Assembly (NCBI GenBank): GCA_963827235.1
Contig: CAWHAE010000010.1
Location: forward strand, 1 to 64,000
DNA from: an uncultured bacterium
GTDB lineage: Bacteria; Chloroflexota; UBA5177; JANWHV01
Reading direction: 5' to 3'
DNA length: 64,000 nucleotides
In this document: piece by piece, positions 23,228 to 34,643 of the stretch
How the letters are laid out: each line of letters starts with the position of its first letter
How positions within the stretch are numbered: position 1 is the first letter of the stretch
Program-made: the position numbers and the translations under genes
Notes under the pieces: model-generated
Databases searched by the model: none
What the model saw: only the letters and a program-made list of their open reading frames with translations
Told to the model about the DNA's origin: nothing

Positions 23228-23289
23228 ATTGCACACTGCTGTGCAATGGGCTAGACTGTACAGCAGTGTGCAGTGCACACCGGTGTGCA
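23228..23289. promoter_or_regulatory. three TGCACA-N4-TGTGCA palindromes, candidate TetR operators
   Basis: ATTGCACActgcTGTGCAAT 23228-23247; TGTACAgcagTGTGCA 23257-23272; TGCACAccggTGTGCA 23274-23289. Confidence 0.7.
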
Positions 23290-23330
23290 ATTCCGCTACA
23301 CCGAAGGCAAAAGTTCAGGAGAACACGGTA

Positions 23331-24494
23331 ATGACCGCATCGACGCCCGGATCCTCAACCCTCGTCCGTCCATTCACCGTCGCGATCGCGGACTCCGAGA
23401 TCGACGACCTGAAACAGCGACTGGCCAGAACTCGATGGCCGAACCCGGAAACCGTCCCCGACTGGTCGCAAGGAGTCCGCTTGGAAAATGCCAAGTCACT
23501 CATCGACTACTGGGAGCGAGAGTACGACTGGCGCCGATTCGAATCAGAGCTCAATCGTTTCCCCCAATTCCTGACCGCGATCGACGGGCTGGATATTCAC
23601 TTCATCCACGTCAAGTCCAAGAATCCGAACGCGATGCCCCTCATCTTGACGCACGGATGGCCAGGTTCGATCGTCGAATTCCTGAAACTCATTGGCCCTC
23701 TCACCGACCCGGTGGCGTACGGAGGGAACGTCGAAGATTCATTCGACGTCGTCGTTCCGTCGCTGCCTGGATTCGGGTTTTCCCAAAAGCCGACCGAGAC
23801 GGGGTGGACTGTTTCACGTATCGCCACCGCGTGGGTGGAACTCATGGAGCGTCTTGGCTATGAGCACTGGGCCGCTCAAGGCGGTGATTGGGGTGCCGTT
23901 GTAACCTCCGCTCTCGGGGCCATGCGGCCTGAGGGCCTTCTCGGGATTCACTTGAACACTCAATACGCTTTCCCCGCACAGATCCCCGACACGCTGTCTC
24001 CCGAAGAGCGCTACGCCGTGGATACCCTCGCCCTCTACACCGGCTATCTCGGCGGATCAAACCACCTTCAGGCGACGAAGCCAGAAACCGTCGGATTCGC
24101 TCTGGCGGACTCTCCGGCCGGCCAGGCAGCCTGGATCTACGAGAAGTTTCAGTCCAAGACGGACAATCACGGGCTCGCCGAGGACGCGCTCAGCACCGAT
24201 GACATGCTCGACGCAATCTCGCTGTATTGGTTTACAAACAGTGCCGCGTCGTCCGGCCGCATCTACTGGGAGAACAGTTCGGGCAGCCTAGCCGGCCCAA
24301 AGCTCACACTGCCGGTCGCGGTGACTGTGTTCCCACGCGACATCCCACGCCTGCCCCGAAGCTGGATCGAAGACACGTACACCAACTTGATTCACTACGG
24401 CGAGGCCGAAAAGGGCGGACACTTCGCGGCTTTCGAGCAGCCCGAGATTCTGATCGGCGAAATTCGTAGCGGCCTGAGGAGCCTCCGCTCATAA
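23331..24494 (+). CDS. epoxide hydrolase (EHN plus alpha/beta hydrolase)
   Basis: RPFTVAI...DLKQRLARTRWP, YDWRRFESELN, HGWPGS, PSLPGFGFS, QGGDWG nucleophile, GGHFAAFEQP. Confidence 0.95.
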   Translation: MTASTPGSSTLVRPFTVAIADSEIDDLKQRLARTRWPNPETVPDWSQGVRLENAKSLIDYWEREYDWRRFESELNRFPQFLTAIDGLDIHFIHVKSKNPNAMPLILTHGWPGSIVEFLKLIGPLTDPVAYGGNVEDSFDVVVPSLPGFGFSQKPTETGWTVSRIATAWVELMERLGYEHWAAQGGDWGAVVTSALGAMRPEGLLGIHLNTQYAFPAQIPDTLSPEERYAVDTLALYTGYLGGSNHLQATKPETVGFALADSPAGQAAWIYEKFQSKTDNHGLAEDALSTDDMLDAISLYWFTNSAASSGRIYWENSSGSLAGPKLTLPVAVTVFPRDIPRLPRSWIEDTYTNLIHYGEAEKGGHFAAFEQPEILIGEIRSGLRSLRS

Positions 24495-24631
24495 CACAAA
24501 CCTCATGCGTGCAACGCGCTGACCGGGTCTGACCTCGCGGCACGGCTAGGCCGTTCAGGCAGTCTCGGGCGACGGCGGTCGGCCTGAACGACTACCGGCC
24601 GTGAATGTGGCGCTGCCCGACAGCAACGCGC

Positions 24632-25270
24632 TCAGCCCAGCAGACCACGCCGGTACGCTTCGCCGACGGCAGCCGCCCGATCGCGGACACCGAGCTTGTC
24701 ATAGATGTGCAGCAGGTGGGTCTTGATCGTCGCCTCGCTGACGAACAGGTGCTCGGCGGCCTCCCGATTCGTAGTGCCGCCGGCGATCAGCTTGAGCACG
24801 TCGAGCTCCCGCTGGCTCAGTGCGTCGGTGGCCGGCCTGCGCATCTGACCCATGAGCACACCGGCGACCGCGGGTGCCAGGACGGACTCTCCCCTGGCTG
24901 CCGCGTGCACGGCCCGGATGAGCTCCTCGCTGGGCGCGTCCTTGAGCAGATAGCCCGTGGCGCCGGCCTCGATCGCAGGCAACACGTCGCTATCGGTGTC
25001 GTAGGTGGTCAGCACGAGCACGCGCACGGCCGGCGCCTTCTCACGCAGCAGGCGGATCGCTTCCACGCCGCCCATGCCCGGCATGCGCAGGTCCATGAGC
25101 ACGACATCCGGATGCAGCGCGACGGCTCGAGCGACAGCTCTGGCCCCGTCTTCCGCTTCGCCGACCACGGCGAAGTCGGCGTCGGCGGCGAACACGCCGC
25201 GCAGGCCATCCCGGAAGATCGGATGGTCGTCCACGATGAGCAGCCTGATCGGCATGCGCGTCTCGGTCAT
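24632..25270 (-). CDS. NarL/LuxR-family response regulator
   Basis: LLIVDDHP, VLMDLRMP, LTTYD, GYLLKD, LSQRELDVL...TIKTHLLHIYDKLGV. Confidence 0.95.
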   Translation of the reverse strand: MTETRMPIRLLIVDDHPIFRDGLRGVFAADADFAVVGEAEDGARAVARAVALHPDVVLMDLRMPGMGGVEAIRLLREKAPAVRVLVLTTYDTDSDVLPAIEAGATGYLLKDAPSEELIRAVHAAARGESVLAPAVAGVLMGQMRRPATDALSQRELDVLKLIAGGTTNREAAEHLFVSEATIKTHLLHIYDKLGVRDRAAAVGEAYRRGLLG

Positions 25271-26538
25271 CTCCTGCCTCCCGCCGGCAACGCCGGGACG
25301 GTGGCATTGATCGCCGTGCCCGCTCCCGGCGAGCTCTCGATTTCTATTGTGCCGGCCACCTGCCGCATCCGCTGGCGCATCGCCGCGAGGCCAAAGCCGG
25401 TATTGTCTCCCGACCGGCCGGAAGCCTTGATCGCCTCGACGTCGAAGCCCATGCCGTCGTCCCGCACGTCGAGGAGCACGACGTCGTCCATGTAGGAGAG
25501 GGTCAGGCCGACCCTGCTCGCGTGGGCATGCTTGGCCACGTTGTGCAACGCCTCCTGCGCCACGCGCAGGAGGGTCACTTCAATCTCGGCGAGCAGCGGC
25601 AGCGGCTCGCCCGTCGTCTCGAACGTCGCCGGTACCGCGGTGAGCTGCGACCACCGTTGAGCCATGTCGGCAATGGCCTCGGGCAGCCGGGCCGCATCCA
25701 GGACCTCCGGCTGGAGCGCCTGCACTGATCGGCGCGCCTCGACCAGGCTTTCGCGCGCCAACCGCTGCGCCTGATCCACGTGCTGACTCCAGAGCTCCGG
25801 ATCATGGAAGAAGCGCTTTGCCGCCTCGAGCTGGGCGATGATGCCGGTGAAGCCCTGGGCCAGCGTATCGTGAATCTCCCGCGCCATGCGCTGGCGTTCA
25901 TCCTGGATGCCTGCTTCCCTGGCCTGCGCCAGCAGCTGTGCGTGCAGCCCGGCATTCTCGCGCAGCGACGCTTCGAGCCTGGCGTTGGCCTCCGCCACGG
26001 CCGTCAGCGTCTGTCTGCGACGTTCGCTCTGTTCATAATTGACCATGGCCATTCCGGCAATGCCCAGGTTGATGGCGATGAGGATGACGTAGACCGTCAC
26101 GTCCTTCGCGCTCCATCCGGGCAGCCCGGCATGTTGCGACGTCGCCGCGATGACGGCCGCCGGAGCAAGGCCGGCGACCCGCCAAGCACCGCGCAGCAGG
26201 CGGAAAGCATAGACGTAGCCGTCGATGACATAGAAGCCGAACCACGAATCGTGGAGCACCAGGGCCGCCATCAGCGTGAGCAGACCGGCGAAGAACAACC
26301 TCATGAGGCGCGGGCGCCCCTTCCACGCCGGATGGAGGTCGACCATCCACAGCATCCACCCTGCCGCGAGCACCACGAGTCCGGCGCCGAGAAAGAACTG
26401 CGCAGTAGGCTGGCCGTTCCAGAAGATCAGACTGAGTACGGTCGAGAGCGCCAGCAGCGCGTACGGCAGCGCATGACGGGCACGGGGCTCGCTCCGGATC
26501 CAGAGCCCCAGTCGTGACATTTGCCACTGGACGTTCAT
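25267..26538 (-). CDS. membrane sensor histidine kinase (HisKA_3)
   Basis: multiple TM helices, ERQRMAREIHDTLAQG, QEALHNVAKHA, DDGMGF, GFGLAAMRQR. Confidence 0.95.
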   Translation of the reverse strand: MNVQWQMSRLGLWIRSEPRARHALPYALLALSTVLSLIFWNGQPTAQFFLGAGLVVLAAGWMLWMVDLHPAWKGRPRLMRLFFAGLLTLMAALVLHDSWFGFYVIDGYVYAFRLLRGAWRVAGLAPAAVIAATSQHAGLPGWSAKDVTVYVILIAINLGIAGMAMVNYEQSERRRQTLTAVAEANARLEASLRENAGLHAQLLAQAREAGIQDERQRMAREIHDTLAQGFTGIIAQLEAAKRFFHDPELWSQHVDQAQRLARESLVEARRSVQALQPEVLDAARLPEAIADMAQRWSQLTAVPATFETTGEPLPLLAEIEVTLLRVAQEALHNVAKHAHASRVGLTLSYMDDVVLLDVRDDGMGFDVEAIKASGRSGDNTGFGLAAMRQRMRQVAGTIEIESSPGAGTAINATVPALPAGGRR

Positions 26539-26743
26539 GACGGCCTCTCGTTCCTCCCAGCGGAACCATCGTACCGCGGCGAGGCCGAAAACGGCGGCAT
26601 GCGTTAGCCAGGATGCTCACGTGTCAGCGGCTGGGGCCGCCGCCCTGCAGGATTCCCTGCCCGGGCGGCGACCTCGGCGGCATCCGTCACGGGGGCCTTG
26701 GTCCCTGGGTACATCCGGTAGCCAAGTGGGCGTGCCATAGCGG

Positions 26744-29288
26744 TCACTCGGCCGCGATCGCAGCCAGCACGTCCAGCCTGGCTGCCCGGCGGGCCGGCCA
26801 AGTGGCGGCGGCCAGGCCAAGCAGGGCCGATAGGACCAGGAACACCACCAGGCTGGTGAACGGGACGACGATATCCGTGATGCCCTGCTGCTTCAACGAC
26901 GCCGCCAGGGCAATGCCCAGCCCGGTTCCGATGATCACGCCGACGATGGCGCCGAAGACGGCGATGATCATGGACTCCGCGCCGGATCATCGCCCGGACC
27001 TGCCCGCGCGCCATGCCGACCGCTCGAAGCAGTCCTATTTCATGCGTGCGCTCGAACACCGACAGCATTAAGGTGTTGACGATGCCGATGAGGGCGATGA
27101 TGCACGGCAAGAGCCAGCAGGGCATAGACCAGTCCGAGCAGCTGGTTCACTTGCGCTTGCTGCGACGCTTCGAACTGGGATCGGGTCTGGATCTTGAGCT
27201 CCGGGTATGCCGCGAGACCGCGCTCCAGGGCCTTGCCGACCTGGCCGGCCTCCCCATCCGCCCTGACCAGGACGGCTATGGGGAGTGGGTTGTCGAAGTG
27301 GCTGAGGAAGAAGCTATCGGCTACGACGAAGCTGCCCACCAGGGAGTTGGGCTTGAAGATGCCGCCGATGCGCATCGTCGAGCTCCCGGTCTGCGCGAAT
27401 ATGACCGGCACCACCGAGCCCACTGCGAGGTGCTTGCTGTTCGCCGTGGTGGTGTCGACGAGAAGCTGGCCGGCGGCGAGCGCGGGCGCGCTTCTCCCGG
27501 CGGTCACGGCCAGGATGACCGTTTCGGGAAGATGGGCCGGGGATACGGCAGTCAAAGTCGCCAGCGAGCCCTGGATCTCGAACGGTCCGCGGTACACCGT
27601 GGAGGCCGCTGCCACTCCTGGCAGCCGGGCGATGGCAGGAGCTACCGTGCTGCTCACTCCGCCGCTGGAGCTCGTGCTGTTGATGATGAAGTCGGCACTG
27701 ATCGCGCCCACCACGCTGCTGGTCGCCGACCTGGACAGTGACGCGCCGTAGACGGCCATCGTCGAGACCAGGGCCAGTCCGACCATAAGGGCGGCCGCGG
27801 TCTGGGCGGTGCGGCGCGGGGTGCGCATGGCGTTCTCCCGCCCCAGCTTCCCCGCGGTGCCGAGCAGGCCGGCCAGCGGGCGCCCGAGGATGCTCGACAT
27901 CGGCCGGGCCACGATGGGTGCCAGCATGCCGGTGCCGATGAACACGGCCAGTGCGCCAAGACCTACCAGCTGGACCGCCGGGCATAGTCAGTCCTGCCAG
28001 CAAGGCGGCGACGCCACCGGCGACGATCGACGCTGCCGGCGGTGACTCGTCGTCGCAGCGACTCTCCTTGATCTTCGCCGTGGCCCACCAGCGCCGCCAC
28101 CGCTGGAACCCGCACGGCGCGCAGAGCCGGGCTGATCGCCGACACAACCGTCACGCCGACCCCCACCAGGATGGCAACCACCACCGTGCGGACCTCGAAC
28201 ACCAGCGGCTCCGACGGCAACGTGACGCCGAAGCCCTTCAGCAGCGCCTCGAGGCCCAACGCGGCCAAGGCCCCGAGACCCAGGCCGACCAGGGAAGCGA
28301 CCGTTCCTACCAGGGCCGCTTCGCCCAGCACCGAGGCGAACAGCTGCCGCCGACTGGCCCCCACAATTCGAAGGAGGGCAAGCTCGCGGGCACGCTGACC
28401 GACCGTAATGGAGAACGTGTTGAAGATGGTGAACGCGCCGACGAAGAGCGAGATGAAGGCGAAGACCAGCAACGCCGTCGAGAAGAACGACAGCGCGTCG
28501 TTGACGGCGCTTGACTGCTCGTTGGCGACCGTCTGACCGGTAACCACCTCAACGCCCGGCGGGAGGGCCTGGGCGATGGCCTGTTGCAGCCGGATGTTGT
28601 CTGCCCCCGGCCTGGCCAGGACGCTGATGGTGTCGTAGTACCCGCGGGCGTTGAACAGGTTCTGTGCCGTGGGCAGGTCGAAGCCGGCCAGCGTGGTACC
28701 CGCCAGGTTGTCGGCAGTACCGAAGGTCACAATACCGGTGATGGTAAAGGTCTGGGGCGGCCCAGGCAGGAGAATGCGCACCCGGTCGCCCACCGCGAAG
28801 TGGTGCTGCTGCGCCGTCCCCTTATCCATCACGACGTCATGGGGCGTGGTGGGCGCCTTGCCCTCGACCAGCCGCACAGACGACAGCTGTGGATTGGGGT
28901 CGAACGAGAAGCCAAGCGTCGAGGCGCTGCCATTGCCGATCACCTTGCCGTCCGGTGCCACGAACTGGGCGTAGCCACCGACGGACCCGGCTACAAAGGC
29001 GACTCCCGGCAGGCGGCTCACCGCCGCGGCAATCGACTGGGGGACGGGCTTGCGGTCGACGGTACTGTCGACGGCGGCATCGCTGCCGGTGGTGAAGGCC
29101 GCCTTGCCCCGGATCTCGAAATCGACGTGCTGATAGACCTGGCCGAACAGCGTGGTGAACGTGCTGTTGAGTGTGTCGGTGAGCACGTACGTGCCGGAGA
29201 CGAACGTCACTCCCAGCACGATGGCCAGGGCGGTGAGCGCCGAGCGCAGCTTGTGGGCCAGGAGGCCCTTGACGGTGATCTTCCACAT
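26744..29288 (-). CDS. FtsX/MacB-type ABC permease with frameshifts
   Basis: MWKITVKGLLAHKLR, FTIFNTFSITVGQRARELALLR, RTPRRTAQTAAALMVG, GIVNTLMLSVFERTHEIGLLRAVG, WPARRAARLDVLAAI across four ORFs. Confidence 0.9.
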
Positions 29289-29289
29289 G

Positions 29290-30040
29290 TCAGTTCCCCA
29301 GTCTCATCATCTGTGCCAGCACCGCGTCCGCCGTGGGTGAGGCCAGCTCCCGCACGACCCTGCCGTCGGCCAGAAACACAACCCGGTCGGCATACGCCGC
29401 CCCTCGCGGGTCGTGAGTGACCATCACGATCGATTGGCCGTGCTCGGTCACCGAACGACGGAGGAAGGCAAGAACTTCGGCGGAGGCGCTCGAATCGAGA
29501 TTGCCGGTGGGCTCGTCGGCGAAGATCAGATCCGGCCGCCGGACGAGGGCCCGGGCACAGGCGACACGCTGCTGCTGACCGCCGGAAAGCTCGTTTGGGC
29601 GGTGGGCCAGCCGGTCGGCGATGCCCAGCTGTTCGACAAGGAAGTCGAACCACGCCCGGTCAATCTTCGCCCCGGCGAGGTCGGCGGGCAGCGTGATGTT
29701 CTCGGCCGCGGTCAGCGTGGGCACCAGATTGAAGGACTGGAAGACGAAGCCGACGCGGTCCCTGCGCATCTGGGTCAGACCGGCATCGTCGAGCAGGCCG
29801 ATCTCGAGGTCACCCACGTAGGTGCGGCCCGACGTCGGCACGTCCAGCCCTGCCAGACAGTGCAATGAGCGTCGACTTCCCCGAGCCCGACGGGCCCATG
29901 ACGGCGGTGAAGCAGCCACGTGGGAACTCGAGGTTGACGCCGTCCAATGCCCGCACGACGACTTCGCCCTTGCCGTAGGTCTTCGTCAGATCGACGGCGC
30001 GGGCAGCCGACGATGCTGGTGCCTGATTGGCCTGGTTCAT
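29290..30040 (-). CDS. ABC transporter ATP-binding protein (LolD/MacB-type), one frameshift
   Basis: [43 protein letters not shown]. Confidence 0.92.
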
Positions 30041-30230
30041 GGTTTCCCCTTGCTGATGGTTGACGCCGGCCGGGCGGCGGGCGCCGGTGGGCATGTGGTT
30101 TTGAAGAGTTGGAGCGTACTGCCGCGCGCTTGTCATGTCAGATCCTTTCGGCGTGGTGGAGTCGGTCCGCCGGATAGTGCGTCGATACATCGTGATTCCG
30201 ACTGTCTCCCTCTGATCTCTGATTGCCGTT

Positions 30231-30723
30231 TCAGCGCACATACGTCGACGATTTGCCGGCGAACAGGGCTCGAAGGCTCTTGCCGTTGACAAGGACGGCG
30301 ACGCCGAGCAGGAGGAGTCCGCAAACGCTCTGTTCGGCCTTCATCAAGAACGGGAACGGTCCGGGGAGTGCCACGATGAGGACAATTGCCGTGGGCATGA
30401 CGGCTGAGACGATCCGCAGGCGCTGATAGGCGCCGAGGGAGCCGCGTGCCGCGCGGCCGGCTAGGGCGGTCACGACGAGGGCGCTGCCGGTCGCGATGCT
30501 GCCCCGTACACAGACCGCGCTGTTCACCACCGCGGCATCGTTCCGCAGCGTGATGATGGCCAGGAGCGCTATCGCGCTCACCGTCAGATATGCGCCGATC
30601 AGCAATCTGGCTCGATGCCACGCCGCCGGCAGGCGGAATTGCGTCTCGATCGTGACCGGCTGCCCCGCGGGTGTTGTCCGCGCCGGTGAAGGGCGCGCGT
30701 TCGTATAGACTTGTGGAATACAT
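30231..30723 (-). CDS. small multi-pass membrane protein, frameshifted near the 5' end
   Basis: GGAAAGG RBS before ATG 30723; four hydrophobic segments in ORF 30231..30605. Confidence 0.65.
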
Positions 30724-30903
30724 GGGTGTGCCTTTCCTTCAACCTGAAGCTGCGATATGCCGGACGGGCCTCGGCGGGGCCGGAAGGAGCGCTGGGGCCC
30801 TGGGCTTGACTGTTCTCGATTCGCTATCGAGCATACGCCTGGCCCTGGCCCTGTCGCATCGACTCACCGGCCACAAACGCGCAGCCGCGTGGTTGACGGC
30901 GCG

Positions 30904-30921
30904 ATCAACCGATCGGTGGAT
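30904..30921. promoter_or_regulatory. palindrome ATCAACCGATCGGTGGAT, candidate response-regulator site
   Basis: near-perfect 18-bp inverted repeat upstream of the membrane protein/ABC/two-component operon. Confidence 0.55.
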
Positions 30922-31429
30922 GCTTGCGGCGCCAATGAAGGAGCGCGTGAGCAGACTGCTGGGTTCGCCGGTCGTGGTCTCAATCCGCTTCGCGATACTC
31001 GAATCCGCCGTGCATGAGGGGTGGGTCAATGACGATATGGTTTCAACCAGGAGGAGTTGCGCGAACAACAAGCCCTCGAGGCGACGCTAGCCACAACCGC
31101 TGGGTCAGACCTGCGGTTCCGGCGTTGGTGGCCGATTTGTCGGAACCATCACAAAGGCCCAGTGATTCTGGTTCCGAACTTTGAGGCCGCCGACGGAAGC
31201 TATTTGCGGCACTTCCACGTCACGCGCATACTCAACGCCGATGAGAAATCGGAGCTGCTTGCGACCATGCGCTCCATAGTCGAAACGACTCTGGCGTCGA
31301 TCGGCGCAGTATCTACCGGCAAGGAGTGCAACGACCCCTCTGCAGGCCCGCCGTGTGCCGAGGGTCGAATGGATTGACTGGGGGGAGTCTGCCAGCGCAG
31401 AATGGTGCCAGGTGGAAAGGAGGCATTCA

Positions 31430-33088
31430 GTGTCACCCGCCACTTGCTCTCAGCACCCATTCGCTCGCGTTCCCAGTATCCCCCGCGCGGTGGCAGTTGT
31501 CCTGCTGCTGACGCTCCTCGGTCCCGCTACCGTAGCGGCCCGAGCAGCACCTAGCACGAAGCAGGGAGTGCTTACCATCCTCCTCGGCCCTGGTCCGTAC
31601 GGCGCGGCGTTCGACCCGCGCACGGATCATGTGTTTCTGGACGAGTTGTCGACGGACACCATGCAGATGCGGGATGCGAAGGACGGCGTACTACTGAGGA
31701 CGATCGCCCTGCCCACGGCCATGAGCAGCCTCAGCGGCAACATGCTCGTGGCGGGGCAGGAGGGACGTGTCTTTGTGGGCACCACGCGCCCTGGCCTGAC
31801 GGCGGGTGGCGCCGTCTCGACGATCGACACCGCAACGGGCCGCCTGTTGCGATCCGTCGCCATGGGCGAAAACCCACAGGTTCTGCTTGTCGACGAGTCC
31901 AGCAAGCGCGTGATGGTCCGATCCGACTCGCAACACCTCATTCAAGGGCGTCAGGAATGGACCAGCACGATCAGCATGCTGGATGCCAGGAGCGGCACCA
32001 TCGTGAGCAGCACTGCGGTTCCCGGCTCGCTGGACGCCGGTCTGGCCGATGATCCGGGCCGTGAGCGCGCCATCGTCGTCTACCAACTCAACAGCGGCCA
32101 GACGCGGGACATGACGTACGGGCTCGTCGACACGCGAACCGGTGCGTTCATCACGATCGCCGACCTCAACCAGAATGGGCAGACACCGCTGCTTGATCTG
32201 CAGCGTGGCGTCGCCATGATCGTGGACACCGACGAGAGCACCATCCACGTGGTCGACACGCGCAGTGGTGCCGTCCTGCACACCATCGCAGTCGACGCGT
32301 TCCCCGAGGCAGGTGCAATCGATCCGCGCACAGGCCTGGGCTATATTGTGTCGCCTGGCAGCGAGGTGCTGGACGGCCGGGCGGTGAACGGCACGTTCAG
32401 CACGCTGGACCTGGTGCGAGGCGTGGTGCAGCGCCGGGTCGTGGTCGGCGACGACGTCCTGAACATGGGCCTCAGCGCGAGCGGCGATCGCGCGCTTGTC
32501 ACGCTGGGATCGGGGCTGCTTGCCGTCGTGGATACGGAGACGGACCGGGTGCTGCACGCCCTACCGATCGGGATGCCCTGGGGGCCGGCCTTTTCCTCGG
32601 ACGGCCTTGCCTACCAGTACAGCGATGTCTGCACGGGTTCGAATGATGCAGACAAGCAGACAACCTGCGCGCGGCTGAACGTGATCGACGCGGAATCCGG
32701 CGTGCTGGTGCATACGTTCGACGTCGGCTACCCCTTGAATCCACTGCCGACCGAGGATACGGCGCAGGGAACACTGTTGTTCGTGACGAGCACGCAGCCG
32801 GGTCCTCTCGCAGTCTACCCGTCCGGGCCTGGCACCGTGGCGGTGCTCAAGGCAGCAAGCGAGACGCTGCTCGCGCGGATCCCCGTTGGTCTTGGTCCGT
32901 ACGCCATCGGCCTCGACACGAGCACAGGTCGCCTGCTTGTGCTCAACGCGGAGGGGGATGGCACTGCTCCACCGTCCACCAACCCTGCTGAGCCGGTTTG
33001 CTCGAACAAGACCCTTACCAATGTGGCGAATCCTCCACCCTGCCGGCTTCCATACGCAAGTCTGAGCATCGTAGCTCTTCCTTCCTGA
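31430..33088 (+). CDS. secreted YncE/YVTN-like beta-propeller protein
   Basis: AGGAGG RBS then GTG; signal-like AVAVVLLLTLLGPATVAARA; repeats VSTIDTATGRLLRSVAMGENP, IHVVDTRSGAVLHTIAVDAFP, RIPVGLGPYAIGLD. Confidence 0.82.
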   Translation: MSPATCSQHPFARVPSIPRAVAVVLLLTLLGPATVAARAAPSTKQGVLTILLGPGPYGAAFDPRTDHVFLDELSTDTMQMRDAKDGVLLRTIALPTAMSSLSGNMLVAGQEGRVFVGTTRPGLTAGGAVSTIDTATGRLLRSVAMGENPQVLLVDESSKRVMVRSDSQHLIQGRQEWTSTISMLDARSGTIVSSTAVPGSLDAGLADDPGRERAIVVYQLNSGQTRDMTYGLVDTRTGAFITIADLNQNGQTPLLDLQRGVAMIVDTDESTIHVVDTRSGAVLHTIAVDAFPEAGAIDPRTGLGYIVSPGSEVLDGRAVNGTFSTLDLVRGVVQRRVVVGDDVLNMGLSASGDRALVTLGSGLLAVVDTETDRVLHALPIGMPWGPAFSSDGLAYQYSDVCTGSNDADKQTTCARLNVIDAESGVLVHTFDVGYPLNPLPTEDTAQGTLLFVTSTQPGPLAVYPSGPGTVAVLKAASETLLARIPVGLGPYAIGLDTSTGRLLVLNAEGDGTAPPSTNPAEPVCSNKTLTNVANPPPCRLPYASLSIVALPS

Positions 33089-33593
33089 GCGCGGTAGCGC
33101 ACACGTCACGCGGTTTGACGGGAACAGGTGGTCTGTGTGGCCATCGTGGCACCATGAGCAAGGCCCTGCTGGGCACGCTAAAAGTGTTGAAGCGAGCTCC
33201 TTGATGAGGAAGACATGCGCGGTAGCACCGCGACATGCGGGCTATTCTGTCGAATCGGGAGGGAACCAACATATCATGCCCATGCCGGCCAGCCCCTTCA
33301 CCGTTCCGAATCAAGGAAGGCTACTTTGCTGAGCCGGCCGGCGATATTTGCGCGAGCAACGCGTCGTTGGACGTGCCGCCGGCGGCGACCGTGTCACACG
33401 TCGAACGCCGGCAGTGCTCGCTCCGCCGCTCGATCGCGAGAAGCCGAACGGCTCCCGCACCCACTGCCCGAAGTGGGGGGAGCCGCTCAGGCCGAACCTC
33501 TAGGAAGGTTCGCGCCTATGGTAGCACTGTTCCGCTGCTTCGGCATGGTGGCGCGACAGCCGCTCAACCGAGATCGAACGCCGGCGGCCCGCG

Positions 33594-33797
33594 CTACTTC
33601 CAGCGCCGGTTCGCCCGCCACCGGGCCCGACACGAAAGGCGCTTGTGGTAGAGCGGGGTCGCCTGCCAGAGCGCCCGCGCATCCGCAACGCGCAAGATAT
33701 CGCAGAGGCAGTGCTGGCAGATGGCACCTTCTCGACCCCGCACCAGCAAGCCGGTACGCACCTCATATTCGCCGCAGAACAGGCAGCGGTCGATCAT
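33594..33797 (-). CDS. stand-alone ClpX-type C4 zinc finger protein
   Basis: RCLFCG...LLVRGREGAICQHCL matches the zf-C4_ClpX spacing. Confidence 0.55.
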   Translation of the reverse strand: MIDRCLFCGEYEVRTGLLVRGREGAICQHCLCDILRVADARALWQATPLYHKRLSCRARWRANRRWK

Positions 33798-34265
33798 CTT
33801 CCCGGCTCGGCGGCGGCGAGCCGCGGCCGCGGAACGGACAGAATGCGGCCGAGCGAACGGCTCGGCAGCACGCCAAGCGCAGATGCATCATCATTCGCGA
33901 CATTGTGCGTGCCACTGTCGTGTGACCGATCGCTGATAGGGGGCGACGGCGAGCACGAGATGGATGCCTTGAAGCGCTCCAAGCAGTGACCTGGTCGCTC
34001 GTCTTCCCGGCAGCCGCAGGGCGTGCTGCTGCGTACGAGCACCTCGGCGGAATGCACGAGAAAGATTGCCAGGTAGCTGCGAGCCCAGAGACGAGGTATG
34101 ACGCACAGCCGCGTTCCAACTCAACCGAACGGCGGCGGAGTGGCCGAGTGTTGGCGCATCGAATGGCTGGATATTGCCTTGACAAACACAGATGTCTCAC
34201 ATTTCGTGGCTGTGGTTGGATGTCGCGCGAGCGCGGGCCACATTGCCGTCAAAGCGGGAGTAGAG

Positions 34266-34643
34266 CACGAGGCGCGCCGCGTTATCGGGTAGGAGACACG
34301 CGGTGTAGAACCCGATGGAGTAGTGGCAGCGCATAGGAACGGCACTGCCGGGAGCCTATCGTAGCCGCTCCGGCAACTGTGCACCCTACTGTGCGATTGG
34401 CTGTTCATAGGCGGAGCGCACATGCGGCCCTATAATCGAGCCGTAGTGGATACGCTGACCTGCAGCCCGAAAAAGGGTTCGACGCCTCAAGCACCGCGAG
34501 CGGCGAGGCCGCTCCTCTCTTGCCGACGCCTGCTCTTGCCTGGTCACCCCTGGACTGCAGCGAGCAACTGGTGAACCCGGCCACGCTGGCATGGTCGTGC
34601 GCCGGGCTGCTTGTGCCCGGCGGCGTGCAGGGAGGAGAAGGAC
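34266..34643 (+). repeat. upstream/promoter block P, copy 1
   Basis: near-identical to 37050-37439; CTGTGC/CTGTGC/CTGTTC at 12-bp spacing (34377, 34389, 34401) and perfect TATAAT at 34431-34436. Confidence 0.9.

Noticed and set aside
31057-31377. Hypothetical 106-aa CDS
   Set aside because: No RBS, motif or clear start; may be a remnant
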